Assembly (NCBI GenBank): GCA_020850945.1
Contig: JADZDR010000008.1
Location: forward strand, 29,776-93,775
Reading direction: 5' to 3'
Length of the DNA: 64,000 bases
DNA from: Acidimicrobiia bacterium
Lineage (GTDB): Bacteria > Actinomycetota > Acidimicrobiia > UBA2766
Shown: positions 1-10,574 of the stretch, one piece after another
How the letters are laid out: every line of letters begins with the position of its first letter
Numbering within the stretch: position 1 is the first letter of the stretch
Notes under the pieces: model-generated
Told to the model about the DNA's origin: nothing
The model's database searches: none
The model's input: only the letters and a program-made list of their open reading frames with translations
Translations under genes and position numbers: made by a program

Positions 1-1060
1 CGCGACCTCGAAGGCAGTCGAGGTGGACGTCACCTTCGACGCGATCGCCATCTCGAGACGGGGCGGAGCCTGCAGGGTGTTGAGGAGGATGGTGCGGCGA
101 TTCAGGGCACGGGCCGCCTCCACCTTGCGGAACATCTCGAAGAGACGGCCCTTCACGCTCTGGTGCTCGATGATGGGGATGCCGCCCTGCACGCGTGTCT
201 TTGCGTACTCGACGGCGAGGTCGAGGGCGGCCTGGGCGACCCCGACGAAGATCGAGCCCATACCCCCGTTCGCCTGGCTCAGGACCATGTCCCCCCCGAA
301 ACCCATCATCTCGCTGGGAATGACCATGTGGTCGGCGGGCACCCGTACGTCGTCGAAGAAGATCTCGCCTTGGTTGAGGGCGCGCTGGCCGAGCTTGTCG
401 AGCGGCTTGCCCCGCTTCACGCCGTCGAGGTCGAGGGGAACGACGAAGGCCGCCGTACCGTTCTCCCCATCTCCCATGTCGACGGAGCAGAAGAGGGCGG
501 CGTCCGTGGCGATCGTGCCGTTGGAGACCCAGGCCGACTTCTGACCGCGGATGACGAACGAGTCACCGTCCTTGACGGCGACGCAGTTCGGTGTACCCGG
601 CACCTCCTTGGGTCGGTTCAGGTAGAGGATGGTGTCGCTGCCGTGATCGGGTTCGGTTATGGGCCAGCAGCCGATCATGTCGTCGCTGCTCACGCGTGCG
701 ATCAAGTCCGCGTTGCCCGTGAGCATCGCGAGCATGCGCGGAAAGCCGGACACGCCCAGGCTGATGGCGAGCCCCGCATCTCCCCAGCCGAGCTCCTCGG
801 CGATGATGCAGCGCAGACGGGCCTGCTGTGCCGGGGTGAGGTCCGTGGACGTGGTGCCGATCATGTCGACGCCGAGCGCGTGGTAGCGCTTGAACACGTC
901 GTAGACCACCGAACCCGGGGCGATCACGTCGGCCGGGTCGGGCATGGCGTCGAGTGCGACACCCGCCGGCCGCATCACCTCCTCGGCGAAGCGATGCACC
1001 GTGTCGCATATCGCCTTCTCTTCTTCCGTCAGATCCGGTTCGTAGTCGCTGATCGCCATC
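1..1060 (-). CDS. acyl-CoA dehydrogenase family protein (partial; runs off the window start)
   Basis: Minus-strand translation from ATG at 1060 gives MAISDYEPDLTEEEKAICDTVHRFAEE... with ACAD-like middle and C-terminal domains (GQKSAWVSNG, IFEGT-like region). It is absent from the ORF track because it has no in-window stop. SD-like GAGGAGGCACAG sits upstream of the ATG. Confidence 0.8.
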
Positions 1061-1090
1061 TGTGCCTCCTCGGATTCGTGTGCTGTGCGC

Positions 1091-1873
1091 TCAGAAATTG
1101 GGCAGGTCCAGGGCCTTCTGGAGGTAGTCGAGCTCGGCCTGCCGCCACGGCAGCGGTGCCGACGCCTGGAGCATCTTCGCCTCCGTGAGCTCCTCCACGA
1201 CCGTCTCGCTGCGGGGGAAGGGCGTGTCGTAGCCGTTCAGCTTGAACATCTGCTCGAAGGGGAGGCGGGGGCGCTGGCCGCCCGCCTCCCTGGACTCGGC
1301 GGGGTAGCCGACGCACATGAGGACGAGGACCTTGGCGGTCTCGGGCAGACCGAGGTTCGCCTTGATCTGCTCCTGGTTGGTCGTGCCGAGCAGGCAGGTG
1401 CCGAGCCCCTGCTCGATCGCCATGAGTGTCGCCTGCGCGATGCCCTGGCCGCAGTCCATGTCGGTGAGGGCGCCTTCCTTGATGAGCGGCATGGCCGCCT
1501 CGAAGAAGGGGATGAGGGTCTGGTCGAGGTAGTCGAGGGCTGCCTGCTCCTCGATACCGAGCGCCCGGGCCCGGACGAGCTCCTTGAGTCGCTCACCCTG
1601 CTCGTCGAGTGCTCCGTAGTCGAGGTACCAGACGATGACCACGGGTGCGCGATCGACCTGGAACCCGGCGACCGGCGCGAAGAGCGATTTGGTGACGGCG
1701 TCGGTCGCCGTCTCACGATGCACTACGACGGCACGCAGGGCCTGCACGTTCCCCCAGAACGAGGCGAGGCGGGCCGCTTCGAGCATCTTCTGGACCTTCT
1801 CGAGCTCGACCGGCTTGTGGGGCAGCAGGAAGCGGTACGAACGGCGTGTGCCTATGGCCTCTTGGACTTCCAT
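1091..1873 (-). CDS. nitroreductase family protein
   Basis: 260-aa ORF with a nitroreductase-like fold signature (RRSYRFLLPHKPV..., GYPAE motif region). Same strand as, and downstream of, the thiolase. Confidence 0.7.
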   Translation of the reverse strand: MEVQEAIGTRRSYRFLLPHKPVELEKVQKMLEAARLASFWGNVQALRAVVVHRETATDAVTKSLFAPVAGFQVDRAPVVIVWYLDYGALDEQGERLKELVRARALGIEEQAALDYLDQTLIPFFEAAMPLIKEGALTDMDCGQGIAQATLMAIEQGLGTCLLGTTNQEQIKANLGLPETAKVLVLMCVGYPAESREAGGQRPRLPFEQMFKLNGYDTPFPRSETVVEELTEAKMLQASAPLPWRQAELDYLQKALDLPNF

Positions 1874-1927
1874 ATCGTCGGACCTCCTCTTATGCGGTGG
1901 CGTCTCCGTGACTCCGGTTCGACCTCG

Positions 1928-3190
1928 TCATGTCGGGGGCCCCTCGAAGATGTGGACGGCGATCGCCGCCTCCCCCATTCCGAGGAAGCCGCCTCCGTTC
2001 TCCGTGAGCCCGAGGCGCGCGCCTGCGACCTGCCTCTCTCCTGCTTCGCCGCGGAGTTGGCGCACGATCTCGGCTGCCTGGGCGAGGCCGGTGGCACCGA
2101 GGGGATGCCCACGGCATTCGAGGCCTCCACTCGGGTTGACGGGCTTCGACCCGCCCAAAGTGGTCGCGCCCGACTCGGCGTACGGCCCGCCTTCACCCTC
2201 CGGGCAGAAGCCGAGGCTCTCGGTCTGGGCGAGCTCGCCGAATGCCGTGGCGTCGTGGACCTCTGCCGTGTCGATGTCCTCGGGTCCGACACCGGCCATC
2301 TCGTAGGCCTTGCGTGCCGCTGTCGACGCCTCGTTCTCTCCCTTCGTGCCGGCGGAACGCAGGACCGAGGCGCGGATACGGACCGGCCGGGCTGCGTCGA
2401 GATCCCCGAGGCGCTCCTCCGACACGAGGATCGCGGCGGCCGCGCCGTCTCCGGTGGGAGCGCACATGGCCCGCGTGAGCGGGTACGAGACGAGGCGGTC
2501 GTCGAGGACCTCTCCCACGGTCATGGGCATGCGGTACTGGGCATCCGGGTTGAGGGAGCCGTGGAAGTGGTTCTTGGAGGCGATGACGGCGAGTTGCTCC
2601 TGCGTCGTGCCGTACCGATCCATGTGGAGCCGGCTCGCCATCGAGTAGATGTCCATGAAGGGGCTGCGGGCCGCACTTCCCTCTGCTGCGACCTGGCCGT
2701 TCGCGGTGAGCTCGGCTCGCTTCGCGTCTGCGTGCGCCTTCATCTGCTCGATGAGCTGCCGCGTGACCTCGACGTCTGTGCCGGCGAGGAAGCTCTCGAA
2801 TCGCCTTGCCTTCTCCTCGGGAGTCTCACTTCCCGGGGGCGTCATCTTCTCGACACCGATCGCGAGTGCGATGTCGTAGGCGCCGGCCGCGACGCCGAGG
2901 TACGCGCCGTGCAGGGCGGAGGAAGCGCCGGCACATGCGTTCTCGACGTTCATGACGGGGATGCCGCCGATGCCGAGGGGTGCGAGCGCGACCTGTCCAC
3001 GGATGCAGTGCTGGCCGGTGTTCATCCCCCAGCCGGCATTGCCCATCCAGACCGCTTCGATCTCGTCGAGCGAGATCGGACTGTCGTCCCTGAGGTTTGT
3101 CATCACCATGGCGGCGAGGCCCTTGACGCCCTGCTCCGGGTACTTCCCGAAGGGGATCATGCCCACCGCGACGACGTGGACGCCGCGCAT
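1928..3190 (-). CDS. thiolase / SCP-x-type lipid-transfer-protein thiolase family protein
   Basis: 420-aa ORF with MRGVHVVAVGMIPFGK start, an NACAGASSAL active-site Cys region and C-terminal GGLECRGHPLGATG thiolase signatures. Confidence 0.8.
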   Translation of the reverse strand: MRGVHVVAVGMIPFGKYPEQGVKGLAAMVMTNLRDDSPISLDEIEAVWMGNAGWGMNTGQHCIRGQVALAPLGIGGIPVMNVENACAGASSALHGAYLGVAAGAYDIALAIGVEKMTPPGSETPEEKARRFESFLAGTDVEVTRQLIEQMKAHADAKRAELTANGQVAAEGSAARSPFMDIYSMASRLHMDRYGTTQEQLAVIASKNHFHGSLNPDAQYRMPMTVGEVLDDRLVSYPLTRAMCAPTGDGAAAAILVSEERLGDLDAARPVRIRASVLRSAGTKGENEASTAARKAYEMAGVGPEDIDTAEVHDATAFGELAQTESLGFCPEGEGGPYAESGATTLGGSKPVNPSGGLECRGHPLGATGLAQAAEIVRQLRGEAGERQVAGARLGLTENGGGFLGMGEAAIAVHIFEGPPT

Positions 3191-3329
3191 GCTCGTGCCC
3201 TTGATGAGGGGTCTGGGGAGTGGAACGGTAGCCCTGCACGACCGCTGTCCACCAAATCCCCAGCGAGGGAATCACGCGTTCGATGTGACGCCGGGTCGAA
3301 GCTGCAAACCGGTGGTCCCTCGAGTCCGG

Positions 3330-4721
3330 TCAGGTGTGACTGGGGATCGGCGGGAAGTGCGCCCGCGCCTCCGACCTCGCTGTGCCGTGGAGGAGGCGGA
3401 TGGTGGCGTCGACCACGTCCGGGTCGTAGAGGCGTCCCCGACCCCGTGTGAGCTCCTCGATGGCGCTCTGCACCGGCCGGCCGGGCCGGTAGGGTCGATG
3501 CGCGGTCATCGCCTCGAGCACGTCGGCGACGGTGACGATGCGTGTCTCGAGGTCGATCTCGTCGCCGGCGAGGCCGTCGGGGTATCCGGAGCCGTCGAGG
3601 CGCTCGTGGTGACCGCGCACGACGTGGCGGACCGGCCAGTCGAACTCGACGCGGGCGACGATGTCCGCCCCGGCGATGGGGTGGTACTTGACCATTCCCC
3701 ACTCGCTCTCGGTGAGGCTGCCGGGCCGGCTCAGGATCTCGGCCGGCACGTAGAGCTTGCCGAGGTCGTGGATCAAGGCGGCGAGGTGTACACCCTGTGC
3801 GCGCTGCGGGTCCAGGCCGAGTTCCTCACAGATGGCCGTGGTGATCTCGGCGACGCGGCGCTGGTGACCGGCGGTGTGGGGATCGCGGGTCTCGACCGCT
3901 GTCACGAGGGAGTCGACGAGCTGGAAGAGGGACTGCTCGACTCTCTCCTCGGCCTCGCGGCGCTCCCTGATGTCGCGGATGACCGCCGTGAAGAGAGGGT
4001 CGGGGCCTGGTGTGAAACCGACCGTGGCCTCCACGGCAATCGTGTCGCCGCTTCGCAGCAGGCCTTCGTATTCGTGCGCGTGCCGGTACGGGCTCGGCCC
4101 CACCGGGTGGATCGCCTGTTCACGGACGATATCGTGGAGGATCGTCTCGTAGTCTTCTCTGTGAGCAGGGGGGACGAGGGACCTCACATCCTGTCCCATC
4201 ATGTCTCTCTCGCTGTAGCCGTAGAGCTCCTCCGCCGCCCTGTTGAACCCGACGATGGTGCCGTGCGTGTCGTAGGTGATGACGGCGTCGCCCACCGTGT
4301 CGAGGACTGCGCGGATGTTGAGCGTCGCCCGTTCCAGGGTCTCGTGGAGCTTGGCCGACGTGATCTCGCGGGCGACGTTGAACGTGCGGCCGAGCTCGGC
4401 CACGACGACGCCGTTCCACTGGAGCCACTTGTAGCTGCCGTCGTAGCAGCGGTACCGGTTCTCGAATGCGATGACGGTCTCACCCGTGGCCTTCGCCTCG
4501 GTCCACGTGGCCAGCGTGCGTTCGACGTCGTCGGGGTGGATGAAGTCGACGAAGGGGTGCTGCGCCCAGGTGTCCGGCGACCAGCCGAGAACCCGCTCGA
4601 ACGACGGGTTGACCCTGACGAGGTACCCCTCGAAGCTCGCCACGGCGAGCAGGTCCGGGGAGTCCTCCCACATGTGGTCGAAGAGCTCGAGGTCCTCGGC
4701 TGATGCGACTCTCTCTGTCAT
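3330..4721 (-). CDS. dual-PAS HD-GYP domain c-di-GMP phosphodiesterase
   Basis: 463 aa. Two PAS-like segments are followed by an HD-GYP domain (HDLGK, HHERLDGSGYP). Confidence 0.8.
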   Translation of the reverse strand: MTERVASAEDLELFDHMWEDSPDLLAVASFEGYLVRVNPSFERVLGWSPDTWAQHPFVDFIHPDDVERTLATWTEAKATGETVIAFENRYRCYDGSYKWLQWNGVVVAELGRTFNVAREITSAKLHETLERATLNIRAVLDTVGDAVITYDTHGTIVGFNRAAEELYGYSERDMMGQDVRSLVPPAHREDYETILHDIVREQAIHPVGPSPYRHAHEYEGLLRSGDTIAVEATVGFTPGPDPLFTAVIRDIRERREAEERVEQSLFQLVDSLVTAVETRDPHTAGHQRRVAEITTAICEELGLDPQRAQGVHLAALIHDLGKLYVPAEILSRPGSLTESEWGMVKYHPIAGADIVARVEFDWPVRHVVRGHHERLDGSGYPDGLAGDEIDLETRIVTVADVLEAMTAHRPYRPGRPVQSAIEELTRGRGRLYDPDVVDATIRLLHGTARSEARAHFPPIPSHT

Positions 4722-4862
4722 GTGCTCCCGCCTTCTGGCCTCACGGCATCTCCGCGCTCCTCAACGCACACCCCTGACCGCGTAGCGTACATGCTCGGAC
4801 ACCATTGGTGGTCACGCCGGAGCGGGGCGATCAGGAGGCAGGTACGATCGTGCGTCTGGAAC

Positions 4863-4944
4863 GCGAGAGTGGCGGAACAGGTAGACGCGTCGGCCTTAGG
4901 AGCCGGTGCCTTCGGGCGTGTGGGTTCGAGTCCCACCTCTCGCA
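4863..4944 (+). tRNA. tRNA-Leu (anticodon TAG)
   Basis: Cloverleaf readable by eye: acceptor GCGAGAG/CTCTCGC, anticodon stem UCGGC/GCCGG with loop CUUAGGA (U33, anticodon UAG, G37), long variable arm GCCTTCGGGC, T-arm GTGGGTTCGAGTCCCAC and discriminator A. No encoded CCA. Confidence 0.85.
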
Positions 4945-4998
4945 CTCGGTGGTCGACTCACGCCCCGCCCACGTGGAGGTTGCCGGCTCACGACCGAC

Positions 4999-6553
4999 TC
5001 AGAAGGGCCCCTCGGCGAAACGGCGGAGGACGTTCTCCGTGATGCGACGCACCATCGTGCCGTCGTCCTCCTGCTCCGGCGCGCCGCCGTCGAGGCAGTC
5101 GATCCAGGCGACCGAACCCGTGCTGAACACACCCGCGCCGCTCGGAGCCCGGTGGAACGCGGCGTTGTGCTTCGTCTTGTTGCCGTTGTAGGTCAGCGGG
5201 GACTCGGCCAGGACCTCGAGCCCCGCAGGTTGCGGCACGCTCTGGAACACCCGGTCGTACTCACCCCCGACCGCAGCCGAGATCTTGTCGCCCGCCGCGA
5301 GGCCCGTGTCCGTGTAGATCCAGTGCTGCGGTGCGGTCACGACCCAGTCGGCCCGCACCCCCGCCCCTTCGTACTGGATTCCGCAGATCTCCTGCTCGGG
5401 CTTGTCCACGGGTGGAGACCGCCACTCGACCGTGACGGCACCGGGATCCGTCTTCCCGATGGGATCTTCCGTCGACCGCCAGTTCACCATGAGACGGTCG
5501 GGCCGCCCGCCGGACCCGGCCTCGAAGCGAACACGACGGTAGATGGCGTTGGCACCGAAGAAGGCGAGATGCGCCCCGGAATCACGCGCTGTCACGATCG
5601 CCTCACGCATCGTGTCCGACCAGTACTCGTCGTGGCCGAGTGTGAGGACCGCTCTCTGCTTCGAGAGGTAGTCGGGGGTGGCGTGGATATCCGTGTCGGT
5701 CACGTAGCTCAAGGGAAGGCCGAGGCTCTCGGCGAGAGTGACGAGGGGAAGTTCGATGCCGAGGAAGTCCATGCTGCCGGGGTCCTCGTAGGGCCGGTCG
5801 AAGGAGACGACCTTGGCGCGACCCTTGCGGTTCCCGTTCAAGTCCATGTAGAGGCTGTGCCCCCCCCCATCGGTTGTATGCCTGCCAGGTCGTGTTGGCG
5901 TTCACGAGGACAACCGAGTCGGTCGCAGAATCGTCACGCACCGTGAGAGGTATGTAGGACTGACCGCCGGAGCTGTCGCTCAACTTGAGCAGGTACGTGC
6001 CCGCCACCCACTCGTCGTCTATCTCGAGACGCAGGACCGACTTCCATGCCGTCTCGACCGTGTTCAGGGCCGAGATCGTCGCCTCCGCCTGGGACACGGA
6101 CGCGATCGGCTCGGACTTCCAGACCTCGCGGCCGAGGAGGCCCCCGTAGTGACCCATGCGGAACGCCTGTACCGAGAGCTCGGGGGCTGCCGTCCGCACG
6201 AAGAGAGCAATCTCCTCTCCCTGCGTCGTGCTCGGCTTCTCGGCCCATCCCACGACGGACCTGCTGTCGGTCGTGAGCTGCCACGCATCCGTCCCCGGCC
6301 GTGCGTTCTCCTCGGTGACGCGCGATGCGGCATCGGAAGGCCTCCTGCTGCGTATCGGCTTCGTGTCGATGGTGTCCGCAGGGGGGTGTTCCGGCGGCGA
6401 CGACGCCTCACGGCGGGCGAACCCCAGCGCGGCCGCGGCACCGACCGAGAGACCCGTCGCGGCTCCGAGGCGTACGAGATCGCGTCTCGACAGTGGCCGC
6501 CACCTGGGGGGCTTGGCGCTCGAGGACTCGGGATCTCGTGGGGAGTTCGGCAT
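4999..6553 (-). pseudogene. TAT-signal N,N-dimethylformamidase beta-subunit-like (DmfA2-like) protein, disrupted by a +1 frameshift in a G9/C9 homopolymer (5861-5869)
   Basis: Two overlapping minus ORFs (5603-6553 and 4999-5847) read as one protein if one G is removed from the 9-mer: ...NTTWQAYNRWGG|HSLYMDLNGNRK.... The N-terminus has a twin-arginine signal (RRDLVRLGAATGLSVGAAAALGFA). Confidence 0.6.
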
Positions 6554-6707
6554 GGTCTTCGGGCAGGCTCAGAGGGTGAGCGAGACCCCGTGTGAGAGGA
6601 GGGAGCAACCCAGGTGAACCGCCCGAATCAGAGGGGTCACCCAGAGCACGAAGGATAGAAAACCGCCCTCGCTGCACCCAAGGCACTCACAGCACGTGTA
6701 CGTGCCG

Positions 6708-7403
6708 TCATTCGGCCGATCCACCGCCCGGCATGAAGCGATAGCCCATCCCCGGCTCCGTGACCAGGTAGCGCGGTTTGGAAGGGTCCGGCTCCAGCTT
6801 GCGCCTGAGATGCGCCATGTGGACACGGAGGAATCCTGTGTCATCCTCCGTGGTCGCCCCCCAGATGTCTGTGAGTATCTGGCGCTGTGTGACGAGACGC
6901 TCGGCGTGACGCGCGAGAAGCTCGAGGACCTGCCACTCTGTGGGTGTCAGGTGGACTCCGGCGCCGGACGACTCCCGAACCTGCTTGTCAGCGAGGTCGA
7001 TCGTGAAGTCCGGAGTCTCGATCCTTGCCTCGACATCGCCCGGTACGGCTCGCCGCAGGGCAGCACGGAGCCGGGCGAGAAGCTCGCCGACACCGAACGG
7101 CTTCGTCATGTAGTCGTCGGCCCCCGCATCGAGGGCGGCGATCTTGTCTGCTTCGGCATTCCTCACGCTGAGGATGACGATCGGGACGGTCGTCCATCCG
7201 CGCAGTGCCTCGACGACCTCCACACCTGTGATGTCGGGCAGCCCGAGGTCGAGGATGACCGCGTCGGGGGCCGTCTCGGCAGCCACCTGGACTGCGCCCT
7301 GACCCGTGTCGGCCGTGACGACCTCGTACCCGTTGGCACGCATCGTGATGGCGAGTGCACGCAGGATCTGCGGCTCGTCGTCGACGATCAGAACTCTGCT
7401 CAC
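6708..7403 (-). CDS. kdpE: KdpE OmpR-family response regulator
   Basis: 231 aa with a receiver domain (LIVDDEP...D) and winged-helix C-terminus. Overlaps the kdpD stop by 4 nt. Confidence 0.9.
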   Translation of the reverse strand: MSRVLIVDDEPQILRALAITMRANGYEVVTADTGQGAVQVAAETAPDAVILDLGLPDITGVEVVEALRGWTTVPIVILSVRNAEADKIAALDAGADDYMTKPFGVGELLARLRAALRRAVPGDVEARIETPDFTIDLADKQVRESSGAGVHLTPTEWQVLELLARHAERLVTQRQILTDIWGATTEDDTGFLRVHMAHLRRKLEPDPSKPRYLVTEPGMGYRFMPGGGSAE

Positions 7404-9916
7404 CGGATCACCACCGGGAACCGCAGTGACACGGTCAGGCCACCGCCCGGCGTGTCGTCGACTTCGATGCTGCCCCCGACGGACTCGACGAACCCCTTCG
7501 CGACCGCGAGTCCGAGCCCCACTCCGTTGTCGCTCCCTTCCCCTTCCAGGCGACGGAAGGGCTCGAAGATGGTCTCATGATCGGCGGGTGCTATCCCGGG
7601 CCCATGGTCCACCACGCGCACGAGAACTTCCTGTTGCACTGCACCCGCAGTCACGTGGACCGGGATGTCGGCCGGCGACCATTTCGCCGCGTTCGAGATC
7701 AGGTTCGCAACCGCCCTTTCGAGGAGGGTGGGGTCGACCTCGATCGCCGGTAGGTCCTCGGGAACGTCCACGACGACCCTCTGCTTGGGTATCTCGGGCA
7801 GGCTTTGGAGAGCTGCGTGGACGATCTCGTCGACTCCCACCTCGAACCTCGAGACCTGAAGGGCGCCGGTCTGGATGCGACTCATGTCGAGGAGGTTGCC
7901 CACGAGATGGTCGAGCCTCTCCGTCTGATCGCGGATGGCAGTCAGGAGCTCCCCGCGTTCTGCAGGTGGGATCTCCACACGTGGCTGCAGAAGAGTCGTG
8001 ACCGACGCGAGGATCGACGCCAGGGGAGTCCGCAGGTCGTGCGAGACGGCGTTGAGCACGGCGTTGCGCAGCTCGTCGGCCTCTTCGAGAGCATGCGCGC
8101 GGGCTGCATCCTCTTCCAGCTTTCGGCTCTTCTGGGCAAGGACCAGCTGATCGGCGAACGCAGTCAGCACCCGACGGTCCTCCGACGTGAGTCGGGGGCC
8201 GCGCAGTGCGAGAACGCTGTCTTCCTCCAGAGGGATACAGAGCCCGGCTTCCTCGGGACGCGTGGGTGGGTTCTCCCCTGCCGACACCTCGACCGTCGAG
8301 TCGTCGTCGGAGACGACGAGCACCGCCACCGCGTCCTGGCCGAAGGTCGTGCGCATGCGCTCCACGAGCTCGGGTAAGGCATCACGCGTGCTCAGGAGGG
8401 CCCCGGCAACCGAGCCGAGTGCCTCAGCGATCGCACTCGAGCGGTGCGCGTCGTGGCGACGTCGGGCGGCGAGCGATACGAGCGTGCTCACGACACCCGC
8501 CACGATGAGGAATGCGACCAGGGCGAAGAGGTTCTCCGGATCGGCAATCGTCAGGGTGTGGATGGGTGGCGTGAAGTACCAGTTCAGACAGAGGAATCCG
8601 GTGAACGCCGCCGCAATTGCCGGCCACGTACCCCCCACGGTCGCGACGAGCACCACAAAGAGCAGGTATAGAAGGATCTGGCTCGGTAGGCCGAGTTCGT
8701 CGCGTGTGCTCACGAGGACGAGCGTGAGCAGGGGCAGGCCCAGGGCGGCCAGCCCCCAGCCGGCGAGTGTGCGTCTGCGAGTCAGGGGAGCTGCGCGAGG
8801 ACGTCGCCAGGAGGCCTGGGACGCGCCCTGCTCCTCACCCGCCTCTTCGTAGGAGATCACGTGCACGTCTATGGGCCCGGATTCCCGGATGACCTTGTTG
8901 ATCACTGAGCCGGTCGTGATCTCCTGCCACCGGGACCGGCGAGTCGCACCCAACACGAGTTGAGTCGCGTTCTCGTCGTGGGCGAACTGCACGAGCGACC
9001 CGGCCACATCGCTTCCCACCACTTCGTGGAACTCCCCACCAATGGCTTGGAGAAGCGCCCGCTGCCTGTCGAACTGGGCTGAGGTATCCGACACGAGACC
9101 GTCCTGGCCGATGACACGCACTCCGAGGAGCTCGCCGTGACTGCGCTCCGCGATCCTGGCGGCACGCCGGATCAGCTGTTCCCCCCCGGGCGCTCCAGTG
9201 ACCGAGACCACAACGCGCTCACGTGTCTCCCACTGCGTCTCGATGTCGTGCTCTTCGCGGTACCTGCCCAAGTACTCGTCGACGCGGTCGGCGACCCAGA
9301 GGAGGGCGATCTCTCTGAGGGCGGCGAGGTTGCCCTTGCGGAAGTAGTTCGCGAGTGCTGCGTCGATGCGCTCCGCCGGGTAGATGTTCCCGTGCGCCAT
9401 GCGGCGCGTGAGGGCCTCGGGCGTCATGTCGACGAGCTCGATCTGGTCTGCCGACCGCACGACGGCATCCGGGATCGTCTCCTGCTGCCTGACCCCGGTG
9501 ATGTCCTCCAGGACGTCGTTGAGCGAATCGAGGTGTTGCACGTTGAGCGTCGACACGACATCGATCCCGGCATTGCGCAACTCCTGCACGTCCTGCCATC
9601 TCTTGGTGTGGCGTGACCCCGGGACGTTCGTGTGAGCTAGCTCGTCGACGAGCGCCACCTGCGGGCCGCGTGCGAGCACGGCGTCGATGTCCATCTCCTC
9701 GAAGGCCGTCCCCTTGTACTCGATCGAACGTCGCGGGATCACCTCGAGATCTTCGATCTGGGCGGCCGTGAGCTTGCGACCGTGCGTCTCCACGAATCCG
9801 ACGACAACGTCGGTACCGCGATCACGCCGACGCAGACCCTCGTTCAGCATCGCGAAGGTCTTGCCGACACCGGGCGCGGCCCCGAGGTAGATGCGAAGTT
9901 GCCCTCGTTTCGCCAT
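7400..9916 (-). CDS. kdpD: KdpD osmosensitive K+ channel sensor histidine kinase
   Basis: 838 aa. N-terminal KdpD domain with P-loop GAAPGVGKT, Usp-like domain, four TM helices, and HisKA (HDLRTPL) plus HATPase_c. Confidence 0.9.
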   Translation of the reverse strand: MAKRGQLRIYLGAAPGVGKTFAMLNEGLRRRDRGTDVVVGFVETHGRKLTAAQIEDLEVIPRRSIEYKGTAFEEMDIDAVLARGPQVALVDELAHTNVPGSRHTKRWQDVQELRNAGIDVVSTLNVQHLDSLNDVLEDITGVRQQETIPDAVVRSADQIELVDMTPEALTRRMAHGNIYPAERIDAALANYFRKGNLAALREIALLWVADRVDEYLGRYREEHDIETQWETRERVVVSVTGAPGGEQLIRRAARIAERSHGELLGVRVIGQDGLVSDTSAQFDRQRALLQAIGGEFHEVVGSDVAGSLVQFAHDENATQLVLGATRRSRWQEITTGSVINKVIRESGPIDVHVISYEEAGEEQGASQASWRRPRAAPLTRRRTLAGWGLAALGLPLLTLVLVSTRDELGLPSQILLYLLFVVLVATVGGTWPAIAAAFTGFLCLNWYFTPPIHTLTIADPENLFALVAFLIVAGVVSTLVSLAARRRHDAHRSSAIAEALGSVAGALLSTRDALPELVERMRTTFGQDAVAVLVVSDDDSTVEVSAGENPPTRPEEAGLCIPLEEDSVLALRGPRLTSEDRRVLTAFADQLVLAQKSRKLEEDAARAHALEEADELRNAVLNAVSHDLRTPLASILASVTTLLQPRVEIPPAERGELLTAIRDQTERLDHLVGNLLDMSRIQTGALQVSRFEVGVDEIVHAALQSLPEIPKQRVVVDVPEDLPAIEVDPTLLERAVANLISNAAKWSPADIPVHVTAGAVQQEVLVRVVDHGPGIAPADHETIFEPFRRLEGEGSDNGVGLGLAVAKGFVESVGGSIEVDDTPGGGLTVSLRFPVVIR

Positions 9917-9934
9917 GGTTCCGAGCCCCGCCGC

Positions 9935-10573
9935 TCAGCGCCGCGCGTCGAGCGCGACGTTGAGCTCGAGCACGTTCACCCTCCTCTCCCCCAGGAACCC
10001 GAGATCGGGGTCTTCGGTGTGGGCATCGACGAGGGTGAGGACATCGTCGACGTCCTCACCGCGGGTCGCGGCGACACGGGCCGCCTGGAGCTCGGCATTC
10101 GCAACCGAGATGTGCGGGTCCAAACCCGACCCGGACGCGGTGACGGCGTCGATCGGGATCTCGGTGTCAGGGTCGACATCGTTGATCTCACGGTACTCGC
10201 GCTCTCTCTGCTGGATGAGCCCCGCACACGGATCCGCCTCTGACCCGTCTTCGCAGAGCTCCCTCTGGTCTCCCGCCCTTCCCGCCCCCACGAGGACGGG
10301 GTTGCTCGGACCCAGATTCGAACCGCTGCTCGCCCGAGGATCGTATCCCTCCCCCGCCGCGGAGGGCCGAGGATGGAAGTACTCGTTGGACGTGAACGCC
10401 TGCCCGACGAGGGTGGATCCGACCTTCTCCCCGTCGACGTGGAGGAACGACCCGTTCGCCTTCCTGCCGAAGGCCACCTGGGCCACCCCGGTGACCACGA
10501 GTGGATAGACGATCCCGCAGATCACGGTGAAGGCGAGGAAGGTGACGATCGCGGGGGCGATTTGGCGTCTCAT
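9935..10573 (-). CDS. kdpC: K+-transporting ATPase subunit C
   Basis: KdpC-like sequence from internal Met MRRQIAPAIVTFLAF... onward. This start overlaps the kdpB stop. The upstream part of the 258-aa track ORF lies inside kdpB. Confidence 0.8.
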   Translation of the reverse strand: MRRQIAPAIVTFLAFTVICGIVYPLVVTGVAQVAFGRKANGSFLHVDGEKVGSTLVGQAFTSNEYFHPRPSAAGEGYDPRASSGSNLGPSNPVLVGAGRAGDQRELCEDGSEADPCAGLIQQREREYREINDVDPDTEIPIDAVTASGSGLDPHISVANAELQAARVAATRGEDVDDVLTLVDAHTEDPDLGFLGERRVNVLELNVALDARR

Positions 10574-10574
10574 G

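Noticed and set aside
1085-3451. 788-aa plus-strand ORF, and similar long ORFs such as 2952-4703, 4906-5946, 11292-12209, 31755-33422, 38334-40442, 51171-53123, 57926-60784 and 60955-62760
   Set aside because: They lie antisense to, or out of frame within, well-supported genes. They have Arg/Gly/Pro-rich low-complexity translations typical of open alternative frames in 70% GC DNA, and they lack family motifs and RBS.
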